DNA of 64,000 nt from Actinomycetes bacterium (GTDB lineage Bacteria; Actinomycetota; Actinomycetes; S36-B12), in NCBI GenBank assembly GCA_965278965.1, contig OZ257127.1, positions 2,676,911-2,740,910 of the forward strand, read 5' to 3'. Positions 9,180 through 18,242 of this stretch are shown here, in pieces. The position numbers and the translations under genes were made by a program. The notes under the pieces are model-generated. The model searched no databases, had not been told where the DNA came from, and worked only from the letters and a program-made list of their open reading frames with translations. How positions within the stretch are numbered: the first letter of the stretch is position 1; each line of letters starts with the position of its first letter.

Positions 9180-9707
9180 TCAGGCGTCTTGGGGGCGGTA
9201 GCTCAGGTCGCTGCGGTCGCGCGTGCCGCGGACCGTCTGCGGCCGCAGCGTGAAGTAGTCGTCGGCGATGGGCTCCGTACGGGTCCAGTCGACGGCCTCG
9301 GTCCGGTGCGTCATGAGCCAGCGACCGTCCCGCCGCGCGTACCGGTCGATGTACCGCCCGCAGATGAACCGATCGAAGTCGTCCGTCGCGTGCTGGTGGA
9401 ACGCCTGGAAGTAGGCCTCGCCGGTCGCGGTGTCGCCGTCGATCACGAGATTGACCTGGCCGAGGAGGTGCTGCGTGGTCCGGTAGGCGGACAGCGCGCG
9501 CATCGCCATCGAGGCCATCTCATCGGGGCCGCCGGTGAACGACCCGTAGTGCGTCGTCGCGTCGTCGGCGAAGACCGAGCGCACGAGTGCCTCGTCCAGC
9601 CGGTCCAGCCCGCGCAGGTAGGTCGCCGACAGCGCACGGAGGTCGGCCTCGTCGACGAGGCGTTGCAGCGCCGCCTCCTGGTCGAGGGTCACGGCGCGAG
9701 CACGCAT
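9180..9707 (-). CDS. NTF2/SnoaL-like fold protein
   Basis: Start is ATG 9707 (19-nt overlap) or GTG 9692 (GTGA overlap) with the upstream gene. Small-protein pattern (LRALSATYLRGLDRLDEALV ... YARRDGRWLMTHR). The long track ORF to 10277 is an artefactual extension. Confidence 0.7.
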   Translation of the reverse strand: MRARAVTLDQEAALQRLVDEADLRALSATYLRGLDRLDEALVRSVFADDATTHYGSFTGGPDEMASMAMRALSAYRTTQHLLGQVNLVIDGDTATGEAYFQAFHQHATDDFDRFICGRYIDRYARRDGRWLMTHRTEAVDWTRTEPIADDYFTLRPQTVRGTRDRSDLSYRPQDA

Positions 9708-10819
9708 TCGAGGTGGCCGAACCCGCGGTCCTGCGGGTTGGCGAGGTTCTCGCACGACGCGAACTGCTCGGCCCATGCATCCGGTCGCGGCTGGAACCAG
9801 CCGGCGGGGTCGCCGACCTCGGTCGGATGCGCGACGTCCCAGACCTCCCCCTCGTGGTGGTCCTCGCCGCGGAACACCCCGCGTCCGAGGCGGTCGGTGA
9901 ACCCGTCGTGGTAGCCGCCGCCCTGCAAGTAGGCCGGCCGGCCCACCGGCGTCAGGCGGAACCGGTCGACGGCGCCGTCCGGGCGGGTCAGGCTGACCGT
10001 GGTCTCGACCGCGCGGGGGAGCGCGCCGCCCACCCGGGTCGCCTCGGCGTCGCCGGCGACGTACTGCCACGGCGCCATCTCGGGGTCGCGCGGCAGCACG
10101 ACCGCCTCCAGCCCCTCCATCGAGCCGTCGGGCTGCTGGTGGAACTGCCAGAACATGACGCGGTCGGGCATCCGGACCATCGTCCACTGGCGCATCGCGA
10201 ACCCACGGCGCGGATCGCGGTCGCGTGACGGGGCGACCGACGGCGCGGCCGGGCCACCGGTGCGACCGAGGCCCCATGAGTGGTCACGGACGCCGACCCA
10301 GGTCGCCGGGTCGACGGCCACGGTCGTCCCGGCGACGGTGAGGGTTCCCGTCACGTCGCAGCACTGGTCGTAGTTCGTCCGGTCGTAGACCTTGCGGCCG
10401 CCCGAGTAGCGCACAATCCGGTCCTCCAGGAAGGGCGCGTGGAGGCCGTGCCAGCGGAGGTCGAACGCGATGCCGTAGGGGTTCTCGGCGCAGGTCAGCC
10501 GCAGCTCGGACAGCGGCTCGATGATCTCCAGCCGTAGCGGCCCGACGGCGATGTCGTCGCTCGCCGGCCGAAGCCGCCGCGAGAACCGCGCGTTGTGCTG
10601 GGTGGTCCCGTTGACGACGCAGGCGAAGCCGTCGATGACATCCGTGTTGGGGTACAGCCGGATCGCGGCGTACAGCTGCGTGCCGGACGCCTCGTCGCCG
10701 AGGGTGAAGTAGAACCCGTCGTTCCAGTGGACCGAGTCGCTGACGACCGTGTCGAAGGTTCCGCCGACCTGATGCCGGGGGTACTCGTCCATGCGTGTGA
10801 GTCGCCCGGCATCGGTCAT
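9689..10819 (-). CDS. conserved hypothetical protein (about 376 aa) with an RDHSWG motif
   Basis: The stop at 9689 is firm. The first ATG (10819) is preferred over the TTG 10870 track start because codons 10820-10870 lose the GC3 bias. No family named with confidence. Confidence 0.6.
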   Translation of the reverse strand: MTDAGRLTRMDEYPRHQVGGTFDTVVSDSVHWNDGFYFTLGDEASGTQLYAAIRLYPNTDVIDGFACVVNGTTQHNARFSRRLRPASDDIAVGPLRLEIIEPLSELRLTCAENPYGIAFDLRWHGLHAPFLEDRIVRYSGGRKVYDRTNYDQCCDVTGTLTVAGTTVAVDPATWVGVRDHSWGLGRTGGPAAPSVAPSRDRDPRRGFAMRQWTMVRMPDRVMFWQFHQQPDGSMEGLEAVVLPRDPEMAPWQYVAGDAEATRVGGALPRAVETTVSLTRPDGAVDRFRLTPVGRPAYLQGGGYHDGFTDRLGRGVFRGEDHHEGEVWDVAHPTEVGDPAGWFQPRPDAWAEQFASCENLANPQDRGFGHLECVLAP

Positions 10820-10893
10820 GCTCCGCACGATAGTCGCGATGAGTTCTGCTGTCCGCCAGTTGTGAGACAAAATGTCCTATAGAGTCCGGGACC

Positions 10894-11895
10894 GTGAAGA
10901 CCCTCATTCTCGGCGGCAGCACGTTCGTCGGACGGCGCATGGTCGACCTCCTCGTCACCGAGGGGCATGACGTGTCCGTCCTCAACCGCGGGCTCACCGC
11001 GTCCGCGCTCCCGGACGGGGTCTCCCGGATCGTGGGCGACCGGACGAGCACCGAGTCGATGCGGGCCGCCCTCGAGGGCACCGAGTGGGACGCCGTGATC
11101 GACGTCTCCGGGTTCGTCATGGCGGCCGGCGGCGGGGAGTTCGAGGAGCTCATCGCGCTGCTCGACGGCCACGTCGGCGCCTACGTCTTCGTCTCGTCGA
11201 TCATGGCGTACGAGCCGAGCGGGATCATGCCGTGGCTGGAGAGCGCCCCGATGACCGCCGATCCCGCGTCGGTCTACGGCGGGTTCAAGGCGCATGCCGA
11301 GCGCGCGATCCTCGAGCGCCACGCGCAGACCGGCTTCCCGGGCTCCATCGCGCGGCCGGCGGCGATCTACGGGCCGGCCAACAACATCCTCGACATGGAG
11401 GCGGCGATGTTCCTGCGCCTGCGGCGCGGGCTGCCGATCCTTCTGCCGCACGAGGGCCTAGTGACGACGAGCTACGGGCACGTCGACGACCTGTGCCGCA
11501 ACCTCCTGGAGCTCGCCGCGACGCCCGCCGCGGTCGGCGAGGTCGTCAACACGACCGGCGAGGGCGCCTCCGCGCGGGCTTTCACCGAGCTGCTCGCCGG
11601 CATCGTCGGCGTCGAGCCCGAGATCATCCTGGTGCCGACCGGGTTCACCGACCGCAAGCCGATCTACGGCCACCTGTTCGGCGTCAAGCATCACGGCGTC
11701 CTGTCCGTCGCGAAGGCAGCGACCCTCGGGCTCACCGTCGAGCGAGGCATCCGGACGGGCTACGAGCAGACGTACGAGTGGTTCTGCTCCTCCCCGCTCG
11801 TCGATGGCCCGGACAGCCAGGCCGACCCCATGTGGGGAGGCGGTTACGACTTCGCGCTCGAGGCCGAGGTGGCGGCGGCCCTGCGGGGGCAGTGA
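10894..11895 (+). CDS. NAD-dependent epimerase/dehydratase (extended SDR)
   Basis: 333 aa from GTG 10894. N-terminal Rossmann segment LILGGSTFVGRR. Divergent from the minus-strand operon. Confidence 0.85.
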   Translation: MKTLILGGSTFVGRRMVDLLVTEGHDVSVLNRGLTASALPDGVSRIVGDRTSTESMRAALEGTEWDAVIDVSGFVMAAGGGEFEELIALLDGHVGAYVFVSSIMAYEPSGIMPWLESAPMTADPASVYGGFKAHAERAILERHAQTGFPGSIARPAAIYGPANNILDMEAAMFLRLRRGLPILLPHEGLVTTSYGHVDDLCRNLLELAATPAAVGEVVNTTGEGASARAFTELLAGIVGVEPEIILVPTGFTDRKPIYGHLFGVKHHGVLSVAKAATLGLTVERGIRTGYEQTYEWFCSSPLVDGPDSQADPMWGGGYDFALEAEVAAALRGQ

Positions 11896-13166
11896 TGGAC
11901 GCCCGGGTCGCCGACGCCGTCCTGTGGGAGGCCGTCCGCGACGGTCTGCGCGACCCACACCTGGGCAGCGTCGGCCAGTGGGCCGCCGTCGCCGAGTACG
12001 GCGCCGGCCGCGGTCCCGATCCGGCGGCCGGGCGAGCGATGCACGTCGCGGCGCTCATCGGCGGGAGCCCCATAGTCGACGAAGCGATGGCCGCCGCGTG
12101 TGACGCGCTCCGAGCAGACCTCGGCCCGTCGCCGCTGCGGTCGGCCGCCGTGGCGTGGCTGCACGAGGACCTCGCCGTCGCCGCACCGCTCATGGGCGCG
12201 TTCACGAGCCACGACACCGACATCGAGCACCCCGTCGTCGAGGTGTCGGCCGACGAGCGTGCCGCGCTCGCGGACTGGCTCGGCCGGGTCGACGGCGTCC
12301 CGACGACGGTCATAGACGCGGAAGTCATCGGCGGCGGCTTCTCGCGCCGGATGTGGCGGGTGCGGCTGTCGACGCCCGGGGGCGAGCGCGCGGTCATCGT
12401 CCGCATCGAGCAGGGCGGCATGTTCGGGACCGACACCATCAGCGAGGTCCGAGTCATGCAAGCCCTGCACGCGGCCGGGTTCTCCGTGCCGCGGATCGAG
12501 GCGATCGACGCGGCCGGCGAAGTCCTGGGGGAGCCGCTCTTCGTCATGGAGCAGGTCCCGGGGGTCGTCCGGCTCGACGACGCAGGGCTCGACGACATCA
12601 TCCGGTCCGTCGCGGACCTGCATGCCGTGCCTGTCACCGTCCTCCACACGTCGGGGCGCACGCCGCGCGAGGTCATCGTCGCCAACATCGCAGCCCTCGA
12701 GGACCTCTACCGCGCGCACTCCCCGCGCCTCCCGCTGCTGGAGCACGCCGCCGCTTGGCTGACGCAGACGCTGGAGCCCACGGGGCCGTCCGTCGTCGTG
12801 CACGGGGACGCCGGCCCGGGGAATGCGCTGTTCGACCCCGAGCGCGGTCTCACGACGATCGACTGGGAGTTCGCCCATGTCGGCGACCCGGCCGAGGACT
12901 GGGCCTACCTCGCGCTGATCCGGGGCCGGCGCATCATGGATGCCGACGCGTGGAAGCAGCGGCTTGCCGACGTCGCCGGCATCACATACACGCCCGACCA
13001 GTGGCGACAGTGGCTGGCGTACAAGCACTTCCGCGGGGCATGCGTGAACCTGACCGCGCGCACCGTGTTCGAGCGCGGACCCCGGCGTACGGCCGACCAG
13101 CTGGCCATCGGCGTCGCCGTGCACCTGCGGTCCTTGTCCCAGCTCGTCGAGATCACCTGCGCGTGA
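11895..13166 (+). CDS. phosphotransferase family protein (APH/choline-kinase fold), second copy
   Basis: ATG 11895 overlaps the previous stop (ATGA). 423 aa. Motifs VVHGDAGPGNALF and TIDWEFAHVGDPAEDWAYL. Confidence 0.85.
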   Translation: MDARVADAVLWEAVRDGLRDPHLGSVGQWAAVAEYGAGRGPDPAAGRAMHVAALIGGSPIVDEAMAAACDALRADLGPSPLRSAAVAWLHEDLAVAAPLMGAFTSHDTDIEHPVVEVSADERAALADWLGRVDGVPTTVIDAEVIGGGFSRRMWRVRLSTPGGERAVIVRIEQGGMFGTDTISEVRVMQALHAAGFSVPRIEAIDAAGEVLGEPLFVMEQVPGVVRLDDAGLDDIIRSVADLHAVPVTVLHTSGRTPREVIVANIAALEDLYRAHSPRLPLLEHAAAWLTQTLEPTGPSVVVHGDAGPGNALFDPERGLTTIDWEFAHVGDPAEDWAYLALIRGRRIMDADAWKQRLADVAGITYTPDQWRQWLAYKHFRGACVNLTARTVFERGPRRTADQLAIGVAVHLRSLSQLVEITCA

Positions 13167-13720
13167 CCGACGCCCGGTACGAGCGCACGCGGGTCGCCGT
13201 GCACGCGGCGGTCTGCCGGGTCCTCGTGGCCGACGGCGTGGCCGGCCTGACGGCCGACCGCCTGGCCGCGGAGTCGGGGGTCGCACGCAGCACCATCTAC
13301 CGCAACTGGCCGGACCTGGCCGCGCTCGCGTGCGAGGTCTTCGACGACCTCATGCACCGCGAGCCGGTGGACGTGTCGGGCGAGCCGTCGGCCGTCCTGC
13401 GGGACTACCTGCGCGACTACGCCCGTCGCCTCAACGACCCGACCTACCTGGCCGTGCTCGTCGCCCTCATCGAGGGCAGCCTGCGCGACGCGTCGTTCGC
13501 CGACGTGCAGCGTCGGGCGTTCGCCCAGTCACGTTCCCGCGCCGCGACGATCGTCCGCCGAGCGCAGCGCGACGGGCTCATCCGACCAGAGCGCGACGTG
13601 TCCGCCTGCGTGGAGGACCTCGTCGCGCCGTTCCTGTACCGCCGGCTCGTCTCGCGCTCCCGCATCACGCCGGTGCAGGTCCGCGACCTGCACGCCGAGC
13701 TGCTCGCGCGCTGGGCGTAG
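13163..13720 (+). CDS. TetR/AcrR family transcriptional regulator
   Basis: GTG 13163 overlaps the previous stop (GTGA). 185 aa. N-terminal helix-turn-helix LTADRLAAESGVARSTIYRNWPD. Confidence 0.85.
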   Translation: MTDARYERTRVAVHAAVCRVLVADGVAGLTADRLAAESGVARSTIYRNWPDLAALACEVFDDLMHREPVDVSGEPSAVLRDYLRDYARRLNDPTYLAVLVALIEGSLRDASFADVQRRAFAQSRSRAATIVRRAQRDGLIRPERDVSACVEDLVAPFLYRRLVSRSRITPVQVRDLHAELLARWA

Positions 13721-13739
13721 CCGGACAGGCCTGCCGCCG

Positions 13740-14162
13740 TCAGGAGTCCAGCGACCGCTGACGGGCTCCCTTGTCGTGGTAGTCGAACTCGGCGACGACC
13801 ATGAGGCCCTCGAAGACGAGGAACGACAGGCCGGGCACCGACCAGCGACGGCCGATGTTTCCCTCGCCCATGGAGTCGTCGACGACGCTCGCGCTCATCT
13901 CCCACTGCAGGGCCAGACCGTCCGGGCGGGCCCAGTACTCGCCCGTCGGCACGAGGGCCAGGTCGGGGTAGCGCTCCAGCCCGTGGCCGAAGTACTCGCG
14001 GATAGCGGGCCAGCCGTCCTTCTGCCCGCCGACGGAGTCCCACAGGACCGCGCTCTCGGTCATGTACTGGCGGGGCGCATCCACGTCGCCGCTGGACCAG
14101 GCGGCGAACAGGGACTTCGCCACCTCGATCCGGGCGAGGTCGGTTTCGTCGAACGTGCTCAT
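13740..14162 (-). CDS. NTF2/SnoaL-like fold protein
   Basis: 140 aa. ATG 14162 with a GAGGAG RBS. Small alpha+beta pattern and high GC3. Confidence 0.7.
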   Translation of the reverse strand: MSTFDETDLARIEVAKSLFAAWSSGDVDAPRQYMTESAVLWDSVGGQKDGWPAIREYFGHGLERYPDLALVPTGEYWARPDGLALQWEMSASVVDDSMGEGNIGRRWSVPGLSFLVFEGLMVVAEFDYHDKGARQRSLDS

Positions 14163-14211
14163 CGGTCTCCTCGTTCTTGTCGGTCTCGTCTTGCGTGCCC
14201 GGGTAGTCGGG

Positions 14212-14970
14212 TCAGCCGGGTAGGTACGTGCCGCCGTTGGCCGTGATCGTCTGGCCGTTCACGTACGCGGCGCCGGGCGAGGCCAGGTACGCAACCAGGC
14301 TGGCGATCTCCTCCGGGGTGCCGGCGCGACGGGACGCGGTCGCGGCCACCAGCCGCTCGTGGCGCTCGGGGGTGATCCGTCCGGCGAGGAGCTCGGTGCC
14401 GCCCGTGTACCCGGGGGCGACGACGTTCGCCGTGATGCCCTCGGCGCCGAGCTCGCGCGACAAACTGACGGCGTAGGTCTCCAGCGACGCTTTGGCGGCG
14501 GCGTAGGCGGGGCTGCCCGTGCCGAGCTGCGCGGCGAACGAGCCGATCGTGATGACGCGCCCGCCTGGGCGTGTGAGCAGGGGCTTGGCCCCCTCGGTCA
14601 TGATCACGACGCTCAAGGTGTTGGCGCGCCAGGTCGACTCCCAGGCGGCGGCGACAGCGTCGAGTCCGCCCTCGATCTTCGGCTGAGGCGACCCGGCGTT
14701 GTTGACGAGCACGTCGATGCTGCCGAGCTCGTCGGCGAGCCAGGCCCACAATGCCGCGACCGCCGCGACGTCGGTCACGTCGACCGACCGCGGGTGGACC
14801 GCCAGGCCCGCGTGCTCCTCGCGCAACGACGCGGCCACCGCGTCGAGGGGCTCCGGACGGCGCCCGACCAGGACGAGGCCGAAGCCGTCCGCGGCGAGCG
14901 CGGCGGCGACGGCGGCGCCGATCCCGGTCCCCGCCCCGGTGACGACGGCGAACCCTTCGCGGTTCGGCAT
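14212..14970 (-). CDS. SDR family NAD(P)-dependent oxidoreductase
   Basis: ATG 14970 (GGAG RBS) is preferred over the TTG 14982 track start. Rossmann motif TGAGTGIG and catalytic YAAAK. Confidence 0.9.
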   Translation of the reverse strand: MPNREGFAVVTGAGTGIGAAVAAALAADGFGLVLVGRRPEPLDAVAASLREEHAGLAVHPRSVDVTDVAAVAALWAWLADELGSIDVLVNNAGSPQPKIEGGLDAVAAAWESTWRANTLSVVIMTEGAKPLLTRPGGRVITIGSFAAQLGTGSPAYAAAKASLETYAVSLSRELGAEGITANVVAPGYTGGTELLAGRITPERHERLVAATASRRAGTPEEIASLVAYLASPGAAYVNGQTITANGGTYLPG

Positions 14971-15170
14971 GCGCGGCTCCAAAGGTCGTGGCTCGTCGTG
15001 GGTTAGCGGTAGTTACTGCGGGTGAGGTAAAGAAACCGTAGCCGCCACGCGTCCGTCGTGGCGCCGGTTCGTCACAAGTGGTCGGTCGACCCTCGATGCC
15101 GAGATGGGCAGGCATATCATCGGACGTCCAAGGATCTGTGCCGTGCGCGGCACGCCACGAAGGAGACGCT

Positions 15171-16358
15171 GTGACCGTGTCGGTCGTCATCGACGGAGCT
15201 CGGACCCCCGTCGGCAAGCTGCTGGGCGTGTTCGCCTCCCTGTCCGCCGTCGACCTCGGTGCCGTCGCGATCCGTGGCGCGCTCGAGCGTGCGGGCGTCT
15301 CGCCGGACGATGTCGACGCGGTCGTGATGGGCCAGGTGCTGCAGGCCGGCGCCGGGCCGAACCCGGCCCGCCAGGCGGCCGCAGCTGCCGGCCTGCCGAT
15401 GACTGTCCCCGCCGTGACGGTCAACAAGCTCTGCCTGTCCGGGCTGGTCGCCGTGGCCATGGCCGACCAGATGATCCGCGCGGGCCAGCACGAGGTCGTC
15501 GTCGCCGGCGGCATGGAGTCCATGACCGGGGCACCGCACCTGCTGATGGGGGCACGACAGGGCTACAAGTACGGCAGCACGGTCGCCGCCGACGTGCTCG
15601 ACCAGGACGCGCTCGTATGCGCGTTCGACGAGATCTCGATGGGCGCCGCGACCGAGAGCTACGGCAAGCCCTACGGCATCGCGCGTGAGGAGCAGGACGC
15701 GTTCGCCGCCCGTTCGCACCAGCGCGCCGCGGCCTCCACGGCATCCGGGCGGCTGGGCGAGGAGATCGTCCCGGTCGAGGTCAAGGGCCGCAAGGGCAGC
15801 GTCACCGTCACCGAGGACGAGGGCATCCGCGCCCAGACCACGGCGGAGTCGCTCGGGGGCCTGCGGCCGGCGTTCGACCCGGACGGTGCCATCACGGCGG
15901 GCAACGCCTCGCAGCTCTCCGACGGTGCCGCGGCACTGATCGTGACGAGCAAGGAGTGGGCCGTCGCGCACGGGCTGACCTGGATCGCGGAGATCGTCTC
16001 GCACGGCGAGGTGGCCGGCCCCGACCCGTCGCTGCTCCTGCAGCCCGCCGCGGCGATCAACGACGCGCTGCGTCGCGACGGCACGCTCACGGTGGCGGAC
16101 CTCGACGTCGTCGAGATCAACGAGGCGTTCGCCAGCGTCGGCCTGGCGTCGGCACGTGAGCTCGGTATCGACGCCGACATCGTCAACGTGAACGGCGGGG
16201 CGATCGCGCTCGGCCACCCGGTCGGCATGAGCGGGGCGCGGATCCTGCTGTCCGCGGCGTACGAGCTTCGGCACCGTGGTGGCGGCACCGGCGCGGTCGC
16301 GCTGTGCGGCGGCGGCGGTCAGGGCGAGGCGCTCGTCTTCACGACCCCGGCCCCGTAG
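15171..16358 (+). CDS. acetyl-CoA C-acetyltransferase (thiolase)
   Basis: GTG 15171 after AGGAGA. Active-site region VNKLCLSGL. C-terminal motifs NGGAIALGHP and CGGGGQG. Confidence 0.9.
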   Translation: MTVSVVIDGARTPVGKLLGVFASLSAVDLGAVAIRGALERAGVSPDDVDAVVMGQVLQAGAGPNPARQAAAAAGLPMTVPAVTVNKLCLSGLVAVAMADQMIRAGQHEVVVAGGMESMTGAPHLLMGARQGYKYGSTVAADVLDQDALVCAFDEISMGAATESYGKPYGIAREEQDAFAARSHQRAAASTASGRLGEEIVPVEVKGRKGSVTVTEDEGIRAQTTAESLGGLRPAFDPDGAITAGNASQLSDGAAALIVTSKEWAVAHGLTWIAEIVSHGEVAGPDPSLLLQPAAAINDALRRDGTLTVADLDVVEINEAFASVGLASARELGIDADIVNVNGGAIALGHPVGMSGARILLSAAYELRHRGGGTGAVALCGGGGQGEALVFTTPAP

Positions 16359-16370
16359 GAAACCTTCCGC

Positions 16371-16425
16371 GACCTTGAGGTTTCGGGCCCCAAACGACGC
16401 GAATCCGGCCTGAAACCTCAAGGTC
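16371..16425. repeat. palindromic intergenic element A (19-bp stem, 17-nt loop); terminator-like
   Basis: GACCTTGAGGTTTCGGGCC, a 17-nt loop, then GGCCTGAAACCTCAAGGTC with one G-U position. Shares the outer arm ACCTTGAGGTT/AACCTCAAGGT with 41053-41105. Confidence 0.6.
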
Positions 16426-16443
16426 GGCGGGTGGGTCGCGCGG

Positions 16444-17325
16444 CTACCAGGGGTAGAAGGGTGGCAGGTCCTCCGGGACGCGGCCGGTGAACTCAGCGGG
16501 GCGCTTGCCGAGGAAGGCCGCGACGCCCTCCTTGCCCTCGCCGACGCTCGCGTAGAACATCGCCAGCGACTCGATGCGGTGCGCCTCGACGGGGTCGGGC
16601 GCGGCGCTGTTGCGGTACATCATCTGCCGCATCAGCGCGGTCGCCACCTGCGAGTGCCCGTCGACGAACGACCGCGCGAGCGCGTAGGCGGCGGGCAGCA
16701 GCTCGTCCGCCGGCAGGACGTCCCGCACGAGGCCGACTTCCTTCGCCTCCTCCGCCCGCAGGATGTCGGCCCGGTAGACGAGCTCGAGCGCGCGGGACAG
16801 CCCGACGATCCGGGGCAGGAACCAGGTTGAGCACGCCTCCGGCACGATGCCGAGCCGGCCGAATACGAAGCCGATGCGCGCGTCCTGCGACGCCAGCCGG
16901 ATGTCCATCGGCAAGGTCATCGTCGCGCCGATGCCGACGGCCGCGCCGTTGATCGCGGCGATGACCGGCTTCGTGCACCGGTACACGGCGAGCGACACCC
17001 GTCCACCGGTGTCCCGGACGCCCTCGATGATCGCTGGATCCTCGTAGCGCTCGACGAGATCGGCCAGCGTCGGCTCGAACGACTCGTCCAGGCCGAAGAC
17101 GTTGCCGTTGCTCGACAGGTCCATCCCGGCGCAGAACGCCCGACCGCTACCGGTCACGACGATCGCGCCGACGGCGTCGTCGGCGCTGGCCCGGTCGTAG
17201 GCGTCGACGAGCTCGTTCGCCATCGCGACCGTGAACGCGTTGAGGTTCTCGGGCCGGTCGAGCCAGAGGGTGAGGATGCCCTCGGCGACCTCGTACCGCA
17301 GCGTCTCGTACGCCGGCGTGGTCAA
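16444..17325 (-). CDS. enoyl-CoA hydratase/isomerase family protein (crotonase fold)
   Basis: A TTG 17325 start overlapping the upstream TGA (TTGA) is the only start compatible with the upstream gene end. VVTGSGRAFCAGMDL motif. 293 aa. Confidence 0.8.
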   Translation of the reverse strand: MTTPAYETLRYEVAEGILTLWLDRPENLNAFTVAMANELVDAYDRASADDAVGAIVVTGSGRAFCAGMDLSSNGNVFGLDESFEPTLADLVERYEDPAIIEGVRDTGGRVSLAVYRCTKPVIAAINGAAVGIGATMTLPMDIRLASQDARIGFVFGRLGIVPEACSTWFLPRIVGLSRALELVYRADILRAEEAKEVGLVRDVLPADELLPAAYALARSFVDGHSQVATALMRQMMYRNSAAPDPVEAHRIESLAMFYASVGEGKEGVAAFLGKRPAEFTGRVPEDLPPFYPW

Positions 17326-18242
17326 GCGCGGGCCATCGACGCGACCTGTGCGCGCACGCGCGCCGTCGACAGTCCGGCGCGCTCGCGGATCCACTCCTGC
17401 CCGCCGATGATCGACGTGGCCGCGTCCTCCAGCCCGAGCGGCAGGATCGGGGTGCGCCAGCCGCGGACGGCGAAGGCCTCGAGCACGGCGCTGCCGAAGC
17501 CGCCGAGCAGGGTGTGCTCCTCGAGCGTGACGATGCCCGCAGTGCCGGCGGCCGCCGCGTGGATCGCCTCTGCCGCCAGGGGCTTGATGACCGGGCACGT
17601 GAGCACCCGCACCGAGACGCCGTCCGCTGCGAGCGACTCCGCGACCTCCAACGCCTGCGAGACGATCGGGCCGGCCACGAGCAGCGTGACGTCCGAGCCG
17701 TCCCGGATGAGCAGGGGCGCGCCCGACGACAGGTCGGGCTCGGCCGCGTGCATGAGCGGCTCCTTGTTCTTACCCAGTCGCAGGTACGCGGGCGACGGGT
17801 CAGCGAGGATCTCGTTCACCGCCGCCCGGCACTCGAGGGCGTCGGCGGGGGAGTAGACGCGCATGCCGGGCAACGACCGCATGATCGAGATGTCCTCGAC
17901 GGCGTGGTGGGTGTAGCCGAGCGAGCCGTAGGCCAGCCCGGCGCCGACGGACACGATCGTCACGCCTAGCCCGTGGTAGCAGACGTCGTTGCGGATCTGC
18001 TCGAGTGGGCGGAGCGTCGGGAAGTTCGCGATCGAGTAGACGAAGGGCCGTCGGCCGGAGGCGGCGAGCCCTGCGGCGAGGCCGACCATCGACTGCTCGG
18101 CGACACCGCAGTTGAGGAACTGGTCCGGATAGCTCAGCCCGAAGTCGGCGACCACGCCGAACCCCAGGTCGCCCACCAGGAGCATGACGCTCGGGTCCTC
18201 GGCCGCGGCCTCGCCGAGCTTGCGGACGAAGGCGTCCCTCAT
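17322..18242 (-). CDS. transketolase family protein, C-terminal (pyrimidine-binding) subunit
   Basis: ATG 18242 overlaps the stop of the N-terminal subunit gene (ATGA). 306 aa. Segments GVAEQSMVGLAAGLA and VTLEEHTLLGGFGSAV. The 690-aa track ORF is an upstream extension. Confidence 0.85.
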   Translation of the reverse strand: MRDAFVRKLGEAAAEDPSVMLLVGDLGFGVVADFGLSYPDQFLNCGVAEQSMVGLAAGLAASGRRPFVYSIANFPTLRPLEQIRNDVCYHGLGVTIVSVGAGLAYGSLGYTHHAVEDISIMRSLPGMRVYSPADALECRAAVNEILADPSPAYLRLGKNKEPLMHAAEPDLSSGAPLLIRDGSDVTLLVAGPIVSQALEVAESLAADGVSVRVLTCPVIKPLAAEAIHAAAAGTAGIVTLEEHTLLGGFGSAVLEAFAVRGWRTPILPLGLEDAATSIIGGQEWIRERAGLSTARVRAQVASMARA

